Assembly (NCBI GenBank): GCA_964236955.1
Contig: CAXSGP010000008.1
Coordinates: 1-52,607 of the forward strand
From: an uncultured Oligoflexus sp.
Lineage (GTDB): Bacteria; Bdellovibrionota_B; Oligoflexia; Oligoflexales; Oligoflexaceae
DNA: 52,607 nt
Reading direction: 5' to 3'
Below are positions 1 to 8,625 of the stretch, piece after piece; within the stretch, counting starts at the first letter, position 1, and every line of letters begins with the position of its first letter. A model generated the notes under the pieces. The model made no database searches. It was not told the DNA's origin and saw nothing but the letters and a program-made list of their open reading frames with translations. The position numbers and the translations under genes are program-made.

Positions 1-80
1 AGAAATAAATGCTCATTTATGGGAATAAACTCCGCTTTTTTTCTGCCTCGCGCCTGGCCATCCCCATTTCCGGTCCGACT
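1..80 (-). repeat. Partial copy of a palindromic dispersed repeat (MITE/REP-like), cut by the window edge
   Basis: The reverse complement of 1-80 aligns with 21017-21097 at about 72 of 81 positions by manual alignment (shared ccggaaatggggatggc...gaaaaaaagcggagtttattccc(c)ataaatgagcattt). Confidence 0.85.
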
Positions 81-93
81 CCAGTCGGTCCGA

Positions 94-2247
94 TCAGAAC
101 TTGTGAATCACGCCTCTTGCCACAAATTTTATATTGCCTTGCATCATGGTCGAGAGAGCGGGCACCTGAAAGCCGGAGACATAGATCCCAAGGCAACAGT
201 TATGGCCAGCCCTAAGTTCGATCTCAAGGGTCTCTTCCGGAATGGGTTTGACTGGTTCCCCACCGCCCGAGCTGTAAACGATTTCGCCCTTATCATTGGT
301 CTCAAATACGGGGGCGGCCTGAGGTTCATCCTGCTGCAGCTGGAAGGTGATTCCCTGGGATTTCGCCGCATGCAGCCTTTTGATGAGAGACAGCGCCTTT
401 TTTTGAACTTTGGATTTTGGGTTGAACGTCGCCAGATCCAGTTCGGCCAAAGCGCTTTCATAGTCATTGGCCCGGATATAGGCTAAAGCCAGGTTATAGT
501 GAACGACGGCGATGAGATCGGCGCGATTGACGGGCAATGAACGGATGGTTTTCTTATACTGTTCGATCCCCTCGGCAACCTCTCCATGACGGGCCATGGA
601 AACTGCGAGATTGTTCATATAGGAAATGACATTTTCCACGGATCGGATGTTTTCCAGGATTTTTTTTGCGACATCCACATGGCCGTCTTTGATGGCTATC
701 TTGGCCCGGGTCTCTTTCAATCGTTCGCTCGAAGCGTCCATCTTCAGGACTTTGGCCTGAATATCGTCGGATTTTTCTGTTTCATGAAGTTCGGCCTGAA
801 TCTCCGCAATCTGACACAATCGCTCGAGATTATGGGGAGCCAGTTCCTGTGCCTTTTGATAGCATTTCAATGCCATGGGGAGTTCGTGCAGCTGGGTCAT
901 GATCCTGCCCAGCAGATTCAGGACAAAGATCGAATCCGCGGCGTTTTTGAAAGAGTTGAGGGCAAAGTTTCGTGCCTCCTCGACCTTGCCACGTCCAAAC
1001 GCGATTTCCGCCTGAACCAAATCGCGAGCGCCGGCGCTGATGGACGGGATGCTGAGGTAGCGGGCACCGAGAATATCGACCAGAAACCAATCTTTTTTAG
1101 CAATCGCTTTGCGTATTTTTCGCTCTATAGTAGCGGGCTCGGTAGGCGAGTGCTCCTGCTGAATCGTCCATATTATATTTTTAATAAGGTCGGCATGATT
1201 GCTTGGTTTGGGAATAACCGTCGTCACTCCCATCTCCCGCACGAAGGGCACATCGGTCGGCTGAATCAAACTGCTATAGACAATAAATGGGGCGGTCTGG
1301 GACGCTTCATCCTTGGCTTTTTGCATAAAGAGCGGGCCAGTCAAACGGGGAATTCGCCATTCCTGAATGATGAGGTCATTCTCCTTGACTTCAATCAGGG
1401 CCTCCAAGGCCGTCTTTCCGTCGTCGAAACAGCGTATGGTTTCGGTCCCGAGAGCTTTCAAAACCCGGGTGAGCTCGGCCTGCACCGAGGAATCATTGTC
1501 GACCACGACGGCGCTTTTCAGATTAAGAAAGTTGATGCCTGGGGGTGGGGCCTTTCCCGGCTTAATTTTCGGGAGGGACGCCCCATTAAGCTGTTGAGCC
1601 AAAATTGCCTGAACAGATTTATCCAGGGATGGGTCGATGACTAGAATCTGGGATAGCAGCGCCAATGCTTCATCGTTCTTATTCAATTTGATAAGAGGAT
1701 GCACGATGTTTAGCATCTGGTTAACATTGCCGGTTTGGAATTTCATCAGTTGTTGCTCAAAGCTGAGCAGTTCCTGAAAGTTGCCGATGGCGTTGAGGGC
1801 TTTGCGAAGATAGGTGGCTGCGACCAGGGTGGTATTGCCTTCGGAGATTTTGAATTCGTTGGCTAGGGATTGGAATTCTGCGTCCAGGCTGTCCCGGGTA
1901 AACGGCTTCATGTGGTAGGAGAGCAGGCCATGTTCAAAGGCCGCGGGCAGTAACGGAAGCTCACTGGCTTCGACGAAGGCGGAGACCCTGATCTTACGCA
2001 GACTGGGGACACGATTGATAAGCAGCAGGAGCTGCATGAGATTGGTCAACTGGCTGGGAAATACGGAGGTCAGGATCCAGCTTGCAGGTTCCACCTCTAG
2101 CAGGCCAATCAGTTCCTTGATGCCGGGCATGCCCTGGATATTCTTAAACCCACTGTTCTTGAGAAGCTCGGAGATTACTGTCCTTGAGCCTCCGGAAGAG
2201 TCAACGGCAATAACTTTTTGATCAAAGTCCCTGAAGCCTGCTTCCAC
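94..2247 (-). CDS. Protein with two atypical receiver (REC) domains and TPR repeats
   Basis: 717-aa ORF with GTG start. REC-like segments VIAVDSS...WILTS and AVVVDND...DLIIQEWRIPRLTG...PKP. TPR-like helices such as LNLLGRIMTQLHELPMALKCYQKAQELAP and HYNLALAYIRANDYESALAEL. Confidence 0.8.
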   Translation of the reverse strand: MEAGFRDFDQKVIAVDSSGGSRTVISELLKNSGFKNIQGMPGIKELIGLLEVEPASWILTSVFPSQLTNLMQLLLLINRVPSLRKIRVSAFVEASELPLLPAAFEHGLLSYHMKPFTRDSLDAEFQSLANEFKISEGNTTLVAATYLRKALNAIGNFQELLSFEQQLMKFQTGNVNQMLNIVHPLIKLNKNDEALALLSQILVIDPSLDKSVQAILAQQLNGASLPKIKPGKAPPPGINFLNLKSAVVVDNDSSVQAELTRVLKALGTETIRCFDDGKTALEALIEVKENDLIIQEWRIPRLTGPLFMQKAKDEASQTAPFIVYSSLIQPTDVPFVREMGVTTVIPKPSNHADLIKNIIWTIQQEHSPTEPATIERKIRKAIAKKDWFLVDILGARYLSIPSISAGARDLVQAEIAFGRGKVEEARNFALNSFKNAADSIFVLNLLGRIMTQLHELPMALKCYQKAQELAPHNLERLCQIAEIQAELHETEKSDDIQAKVLKMDASSERLKETRAKIAIKDGHVDVAKKILENIRSVENVISYMNNLAVSMARHGEVAEGIEQYKKTIRSLPVNRADLIAVVHYNLALAYIRANDYESALAELDLATFNPKSKVQKKALSLIKRLHAAKSQGITFQLQQDEPQAAPVFETNDKGEIVYSSGGGEPVKPIPEETLEIELRAGHNCCLGIYVSGFQVPALSTMMQGNIKFVARGVIHKF

Positions 2248-2847
2248 TCTCCATCCTTTCTCAGACGAACCGACACAATCAACTATTCCTGGGGAGGCTA
2301 AAATTCTGATCTATCTGGAAACTCGTAAGGCCGCCAATTTCTAATTATAACTCATTTTAAAAGTTCCACAATTCGTACTAGCAATCTTTACGACATATTC
2401 CCGAAGGGGCGGCCCGGAGAAGGCGGCTCAGGCTTGTCGCTTGGAGGTCAATTTTTCGTTTTGCGCCTATGAATTATGCTGCTTTCAAAAAGGCAAGGCG
2501 AATCCCTCAGCGACCGCCAGGTCAATATAAAAAGCCTTTGATGATAGAGTCGATTCTCGGGTACCGAGGATCCACCGTTAGGTTAGTAATCTTATGAGCC
2601 AGTGCCGCCACGCGACAGGGCGACAAGGTAGAGGCGTGGCAATGCCATAGTCTTTAGGCCCTTGTTAGGAGCGCTGAGGATTTTCTTTTGCTTTTATTTT
2701 GACCTGTCGCTAGCCCTTCTGACAGCTTTTCGTCTCCTGCCCGAGCTTATAAAGAAATCTACTGGGCCCTATGCAGTCAGAGTACTGACGCTTCCCTCTT
2801 CGCACTCCTTCGCCTTCGAACACAGTCGTAGCAACCGATGCATTCGG

Positions 2848-3159
2848 TTAACAGGCGAAGGGATTTTGTTCGCCACGACCCGAGGCCTTCTGACTTTTAC
2901 ATCGACAGAGCGCAAAAATGAGATTCTCTAATATAGATGCTGGCATTCTTATGAGCTCCGATTTATGATAATCCCACCAGATGGTAATTTGACTAGGAAA
3001 ATTACAAACTGTTATCGATAGTACATAATTATTGTTGGGCGCTTCCTTAAAAGCAAAATGAATCTTTATGCTTTTACGAGCTTCCGGCGAAATATGTTGA
3101 TGTGAAGAGCAGACTTCTTTAAATACGATTTGGTATAAATAATGCTTAGAGCAAGTCAT
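2848..3159 (-). CDS. Possible small hypothetical protein (doubtful)
   Basis: 103-aa ORF in an AT-rich 1-kb gap. An AAGGGA RBS-like motif lies 8 nt before the ATG. No recognisable motif. Confidence 0.25.
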   Translation of the reverse strand: MTCSKHYLYQIVFKEVCSSHQHISPEARKSIKIHFAFKEAPNNNYVLSITVCNFPSQITIWWDYHKSELIRMPASILENLIFALCRCKSQKASGRGEQNPFAC

Positions 3160-3291
3160 GAGAGGTTTCCCTTACGACAGCTTGGTGACAATGGGTTTGC
3201 TGCTTTTGCATTTCTAAACAACAGTTAGAAAAGCCCTATGCTAGGGCTTCTGATATTCGGGCTTTTATTTTTTTGTATTAAGGAAGTTTCT

Positions 3292-4671
3292 ATGGCTCCT
3301 AAATTTCGCACCACTGGAATCTTGTTGACAGCACTGGTAGGTTCTCAATTGGCCCATGCTGCACCGGCAGCCGAAGGCTTTGAGTATCATGGATACATGC
3401 GCGCTGGCACAGGAGTCTCCAAAAGCCAAACGCAGAACTCTTGTTACAATCTGCATAGCACCACAGGCAACCCCTTCCGTTTGGGTAATGAATGTGGATT
3501 CTACATGGAATCCATTTTCAATTATAACTTCCAAAAACCAGAAGCTGACAAGCCTTGGTTCCGTTTTGGATTGAATCTGGCCCTGGTGTCGGACAACCTT
3601 CAAAGCTTCGAATCCACAGCTAACGGTGACTTCCAAATTGCCAATCGTGAAGTCTATGTCGAAGCTGGTAACGTCGTGAGTGATGGCAGCGTTCTGTGGA
3701 TCGGCAAACGATTCTATAAACGTCGTGACATCGGCTTGTTCGATATGTTCCTCGTCGAAACAGTGGGTTCAGGCGTGGGTCTATACGATGTGGCCGCAGG
3801 CCCTGGTAAATTCCACGCGGCTTTCACTCAGTATAAAAATCCTGGAACTTTTGGGCAGAATCCGACGCCTCCAGTTGGCGGCGCAAGCGCTCCGCTTGTT
3901 TCCACCCTTGACTTGCGTTACGACTTGCCAATCGGCAAAGACAACCTGGAATCGATCCTTCTCGTCGGTCAAAAATCCGAGAAACCATCTCTGGGCGAAG
4001 CTGGCGTCGAATATGAGAAACTGCCCGGCACAGAGCTGACTTTTATCTACTCGGGCAACTATAGCGAAAGCACCGGCAACAAGGTTTATCTCCAGTATGG
4101 TAACGGCTTGTTTGGCTCGAGCCTGGCGGAAGGCAATCTTTTGAATAACTTCGAAAGCGCTTCTTCGACGGTCGTCAAAACACCGGGTTCAAACGCTTCA
4201 TCGGACCGTGTCGACATCCTCAAGAAATCTAGCACTTTCCGTGTAGCTGATGAGTTTGTATGGAACGCTGATGCCTGGGAACTGGCTGCAGCCGCTGTTT
4301 ATCAGGCTGAAGATTTCGGCGGAGCCAAGCTAACCGGTACTACCGATGCTGACAACCGCAACATCACTATCGTAGGCGTCCGTCCTTCGTACTACCTCTC
4401 CAAAATCTGGAAACTGACTTTGGATGCGGGTAACGTTACGATCAAGAACAACGTTAATGGTAATGCTCAGGCTGATAACTCGATGACCAAAGAAACCATC
4501 GCTTTGCAGGTTCAACCGGAACATGGTTACAATGCCCGTCCATCGCTTCGCTTCTTTGTGACGAATGCTCAATGGGATAAAGCATCTCAGCCCTACATGG
4601 GGACTTCTGCCATCTATGCAAGTAGCAAACAAGGTTCCACCTTTGGTGTCCAAGCGGAAGCCTGGTGGTGA
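3292..4671 (+). CDS. lamB: Maltoporin/LamB-family carbohydrate porin
   Basis: Signal peptide, then FEYHGYMRAG, FRLGNEC, LWIGKRFYKR, RPSLRFFVT and the C-terminal FGVQAEAWW typical of LamB. AAGGA RBS before the ATG at 3292. Confidence 0.9.
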   Translation: MAPKFRTTGILLTALVGSQLAHAAPAAEGFEYHGYMRAGTGVSKSQTQNSCYNLHSTTGNPFRLGNECGFYMESIFNYNFQKPEADKPWFRFGLNLALVSDNLQSFESTANGDFQIANREVYVEAGNVVSDGSVLWIGKRFYKRRDIGLFDMFLVETVGSGVGLYDVAAGPGKFHAAFTQYKNPGTFGQNPTPPVGGASAPLVSTLDLRYDLPIGKDNLESILLVGQKSEKPSLGEAGVEYEKLPGTELTFIYSGNYSESTGNKVYLQYGNGLFGSSLAEGNLLNNFESASSTVVKTPGSNASSDRVDILKKSSTFRVADEFVWNADAWELAAAAVYQAEDFGGAKLTGTTDADNRNITIVGVRPSYYLSKIWKLTLDAGNVTIKNNVNGNAQADNSMTKETIALQVQPEHGYNARPSLRFFVTNAQWDKASQPYMGTSAIYASSKQGSTFGVQAEAWW

Positions 4672-4859
4672 AAACGAGAGGATGGGCAGTCTAGATTCTA
4701 GGCTCTGATAACTCTTAGCCGTCTACCCTGGCTTTTTCTTTTGCTCCTGGCGAAAAATTGCTTTCTTCAGTCGATCACTCTACTGAAGAAAGTTTTTTTA
4801 TGCCCTATATCCCGGGCGTTTCAAAGCTTGGTGCTGCGGACTTCATCCGGAACGGCCGA

Positions 4860-6887
4860 TCAATTTTTGCCAAGATCAGACTTTTCCATGATTTTAACCG
4901 CTGAATCCTGTGCTTTCGCCAGCGCGGCCTTTGTCGATGTCTTAGCGTTAAGAACATCGCTCAAAAGGTTGCCCGTCATCATTCCAATAGCTGGAAATTC
5001 TGGAATCGTAGCGAAATGGACCCCAATGTAGGGTTTTTTGTCAACTGTCGAATCGATAGGATCAGCACCTTCGATAGCATTCAGGACGAAAGGGGCAAAG
5101 GGTGCGGCTTTCTTATAGTTCTCGTTCTGATAGGTGGATTTACGTGTTCCGGGTGGTACCGTAACCCAGCCTTTCTCTTTGCCAACGAGATTTACATAGT
5201 CCTTGGAGGTCGCCCACGTCAAGAACTTCGTGCCAAGTTCTTTCCGAGAGGAAGAGGTAGGGATCGCGAGAGCCCACGTCCATAGCCAGTGTGAACCTTT
5301 GTCCACCGTGCCGATAGGTGCTGCGGTAAATCCGACTTTGTCAGACACTTGTGATTGGTTTTTATCGAACAGCATGCCGGCAGCAACCGTGGCATCGATC
5401 CACATTGCGCAGTGACCTTCGGCAAAGAGTTTCAGGTTTTCGCCGAATCCATTTTCGCTGGCATGGGGAGGACCGTAGTTCTTCAGGAGGTCGATATACA
5501 TGTCAACAGCTTCGGACCAGCCTTTGCCAGTGATTTGCGGTTTCCACTTCATGTCGAAGTAGCTTCCGCCGAAAGTGTTAACCATAGTGCCCATAAGCGC
5601 CATATTCTCACCCCAGCCCGATTTTCCCCGAAGACAGATACCGTATTGTTTCTCAGCTGGATTGTGCAGTTTTTTGGCGAAGTCGAGAATTTCTGTGTAC
5701 TTCGGCTTCTCGGGCATCTTGATGCCGGCTTTTTCAAAGAGGTCCTTACGGAAGTACGTCATCGAAGATTCGCCGTAGAAGGGGAGGGCAAAGAGCTTGT
5801 TTTCGTAAGAAAGCGAATCTTTGATCGTAGTGAGGAGGTCGCCCTCATCATAGCCGGCAGGCAACTTTGTAAGAGGTTCCAGCCAGCCCTTTTTTGCGTA
5901 AATTGGGGTGTCGTAGGCGCCGATTGTCATGACATCGAACTGACTGTCAGAAATCGCAAGAGACGAGAACAGTATTTGGCGAAGAATGTTTTCTGGAACA
6001 ATAACCCAGTTCATTTTTACGCCAGGGTTTGCCTTCAAAAAGTCTTTCGACAATTCTTGCATGATCTTCATGTCCCCGTTGGGAACTGTGGCGATGTTGA
6101 TCGTCTTGTTGTCTGATTTCAAATCCGCATGCCCGTAACTGTAGAGGATCTCAGAGTAACGGCCTGATTTCTTTAGTTTGTCAAGGCCATTGTTGAAGTC
6201 TTTGATAAAGGCTGCAGCTTTAGGATTCCTGCGGCCGGCGGATACATAGAAGCTGTTTTTAGCTAAGGAAGGTTGAATGAATTCAAGCTTTCCGATCAGG
6301 CTAGGACGTTCGGAAACAAGTGAGTCCGCTGCTTCGAACTTATCGACCAAGACGTAATCAACGCGATCAAGGATCATTTTATCGATGTTCAGAACAGTTT
6401 TTTCAGTCGCTTCTTTTTTGATGGACCTGTCGGTATCGAAAGATGTACCGGTCTCAGCCCCCAAAACCATGCCTATTGTTTTGCCGGAGTAAAGCGAAAG
6501 CTGGTCAGCAAGGGGTTTGGACGGGTCAGGAGTGACTTTGCTTTTGCCCTTTACACCGAGAAAACCGATTTCGCTACCGGGTAGGGGTGCGGAAACAATG
6601 AATTCGCCCTTGTCGCCGGGCGTGCTGTAGCTGGGAATCAGAACATCCAACTGACCGTCTTTTACCGATGCGCGAGCACGCGCAGGAGGCAGGAATTGAG
6701 TGTCGACCGTATAGCCTTCGGCTTTGTAAGCTTCCAATACGATATCATAGAGATAGCCTTTCTCCGCACGAGTCTGGACTGTGTACGGGGACAGCTCATA
6801 TACGGCGACCTTGATAGTTTTGCCTTTTTCGGCTGCGTTCAGTCCCATGGAAGAAAGGAAGAGGGATAGATACAGTAACGTCTTCAA
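4860..6887 (-). CDS. Fused tandem solute-binding protein: family-3 (amino-acid type) domain plus polyol/sugar (SmoE/MtlE-like) domain
   Basis: GGAGG RBS, TTG start and a signal peptide. The N-half ends FNNGLDKLKKSGRYSEIL (family-3 SBP). The C-half has IATVPNGDM...ENILRQ, PFYGESS, GICLRGKSGWGEN and WIDATVAA (sorbitol/mannitol SBP). Confidence 0.85.
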   Translation of the reverse strand: MKTLLYLSLFLSSMGLNAAEKGKTIKVAVYELSPYTVQTRAEKGYLYDIVLEAYKAEGYTVDTQFLPPARARASVKDGQLDVLIPSYSTPGDKGEFIVSAPLPGSEIGFLGVKGKSKVTPDPSKPLADQLSLYSGKTIGMVLGAETGTSFDTDRSIKKEATEKTVLNIDKMILDRVDYVLVDKFEAADSLVSERPSLIGKLEFIQPSLAKNSFYVSAGRRNPKAAAFIKDFNNGLDKLKKSGRYSEILYSYGHADLKSDNKTINIATVPNGDMKIMQELSKDFLKANPGVKMNWVIVPENILRQILFSSLAISDSQFDVMTIGAYDTPIYAKKGWLEPLTKLPAGYDEGDLLTTIKDSLSYENKLFALPFYGESSMTYFRKDLFEKAGIKMPEKPKYTEILDFAKKLHNPAEKQYGICLRGKSGWGENMALMGTMVNTFGGSYFDMKWKPQITGKGWSEAVDMYIDLLKNYGPPHASENGFGENLKLFAEGHCAMWIDATVAAGMLFDKNQSQVSDKVGFTAAPIGTVDKGSHWLWTWALAIPTSSSRKELGTKFLTWATSKDYVNLVGKEKGWVTVPPGTRKSTYQNENYKKAAPFAPFVLNAIEGADPIDSTVDKKPYIGVHFATIPEFPAIGMMTGNLLSDVLNAKTSTKAALAKAQDSAVKIMEKSDLGKN

Positions 6888-7088
6888 AATGAATACCTCC
6901 AGAATAGCGGGAAAAAACTAAACTGCCGAAACCCCTCGCAATCAAGTTTATGGATCGGTGCAGAGCATCGGTAATTTGGCCTAATATATATTAGCCTACT
7001 CTTGCCATTTAGTCCCCTTAAGTGCATATTTTTTCTCGATAAAAAGCGTTAAAAATTTTTTGACGGGATTTTTATTTGTTGCGAAATC

Positions 7089-7123
7089 AAAAAGGGGCAT
7101 TCGCATCCAGCGATTGCCCCTTT
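7089..7123 (-). terminator. Rho-independent terminator of the fibrinogen-like gene
   Basis: Minus-strand hairpin AAAGGGGCAATCGC-TGGAT-GCGAATGCCCCTTTTT, about 30 nt after the stop. Confidence 0.75.
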
Positions 7124-7152
7124 GATCCAATGGAAAAATAAGTTAAAACTTC

Positions 7153-8286
7153 CTAACGAAACCACATTCTATGAATGGTGTCAAAAGCGGCATTGTTCGA
7201 TCCGAAGCCGCACTCCCAAGCCAAAGCGAATCCCCCTTTTATGCTCCAGCCGGGATCGGGAGGATCAGGGTTGCCCGTTTGGATCTGGCCAAAGACTCCA
7301 TCGGTCATTGCTAGGTTGCCTTTATTAAGGTTACCCGTATCTTGAACGTCGGGAATTGTTGAGTTATGACCGGTGAGTTTGGTAAAGCCAGCTTTGATAT
7401 TTTGACAATTGCCAGTCCCGGTTTTTGCTTCGGCGATGCAGCTTGCGTTGCTCGTTTTAAAATTTATGACGATGTTGCTCTGAGAGCTTTTACAGAAAAA
7501 GCGTAATTCTTTGACAGCAAAATTGGAAAGCATCGAGTTGCCTGCATGGCCCCATAAGGTGAATTCTGCTGACTCATCCACCCCAAGTACCGTGCTCCCA
7601 AGCACAGGTAGGGTATTATTCTTAATATTTAATTCTGGATTGGTATTGCCCTTGTGAGCATAGTTCAAAAACATAGTCCAACCACCACCGTCTTCATCCA
7701 TATCGCAGAAGGCAGAGATTTGACGACGGGTTGCGGCGTTGAGTGGATTGATGAATATATTGAACACTCCAGTTTTGGCCGTTGGTTGAGCCTTTTTGAT
7801 TTCCAGACAGTCGGCCGGAAAGAAATCTGCCGGCGGGATGGCTGGCGTCGGAGCTGGCGCTGGAGCCGGATTGGGCGCCGGGGGAGGCGCTGGCAGTGGT
7901 GCCGGAGGCGGACTTGCGACCGGTCCGGGATTTGGTGTGCTGACGCTGCCACCGCTATTGGCGACGGGTCCCGGGAGCTGTGTCGGCAGTGGCGTAGGAA
8001 GAGTCACGACGCCAGTCGGAGGCGCATCGTCGGGAGGCGTAGGCAGATTCGGCAAATCTTTTGCAGCCGCATCGTCGCTAGCTGGATTAGAATCAGGATT
8101 ACCCTCGATATCCCCACTGGCAGCGGACCCATTGGGATTGAGGCTGCCATCAATAATTTCGGGGCTGGCTGGGGAGCTGACGACGCTACCATTGAAAGGG
8201 AGGTCAGGCCCCTTTCCATTCGAGCATGAACCAAGTATCGAAGTTCCCAGACTTAGGACTGTGAACTTCATAATGAGTCCGTTCAT
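7153..8286 (-). CDS. Lipoprotein with Pro-rich stalk and C-terminal fibrinogen-like (FCDxxxxGGGWT) domain
   Basis: Lipobox ILGSC, long P/A-rich linker, then PADCLEIKK...FCDMDEDGGGWT. GAGGT RBS before the ATG at 8286. Confidence 0.8.
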   Translation of the reverse strand: MNGLIMKFTVLSLGTSILGSCSNGKGPDLPFNGSVVSSPASPEIIDGSLNPNGSAASGDIEGNPDSNPASDDAAAKDLPNLPTPPDDAPPTGVVTLPTPLPTQLPGPVANSGGSVSTPNPGPVASPPPAPLPAPPPAPNPAPAPAPTPAIPPADFFPADCLEIKKAQPTAKTGVFNIFINPLNAATRRQISAFCDMDEDGGGWTMFLNYAHKGNTNPELNIKNNTLPVLGSTVLGVDESAEFTLWGHAGNSMLSNFAVKELRFFCKSSQSNIVINFKTSNASCIAEAKTGTGNCQNIKAGFTKLTGHNSTIPDVQDTGNLNKGNLAMTDGVFGQIQTGNPDPPDPGWSIKGGFALAWECGFGSNNAAFDTIHRMWFR

Positions 8287-8318
8287 ATCATACCTCAACC
8301 TTTAAATTCTTAGAGTTA

Positions 8319-8345
8319 CTATCGGCCGCCGTGAAACGAATCTTA
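8319..8345 (-). promoter_or_regulatory. Sigma28/FliA-type promoter
   Basis: TAAG-N15-GCCGATAG, ending about 33 nt upstream of the start at 8286. Confidence 0.65.
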
Positions 8346-8625
8346 ATTGCTAAATGCGAGAGCTTTTTCTTTTCAATTTATTGGCTTGATCGTGCTGCCT
8401 AGGGCCAGGGAAAGTGGCAAAGGTTTGGCTGGGATAGAGGGAAAAGTGGCAAAATTTATTAAGCCTTGGAGAGGCTTGGAATCCGGGATGTTGGGGAGGT
8501 AATTATTGAATATTTGAGTTCCGTCGCCCTGTCCTTTGGTCTCGATCCTGCTTGAAAACTTACTGTGTTGGGAGGCATAGGGGGTGAATTTTCACCTAAA
8601 AGCTGACCTTAAAGCCAGCTCAGAC

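Noticed and set aside
9..1644. Plus-strand ORFs 9-215, 19-486 and 586-1644
   Set aside because: They are antisense shadows of the REC-TPR gene or run through the repeat element, and have no protein motifs.
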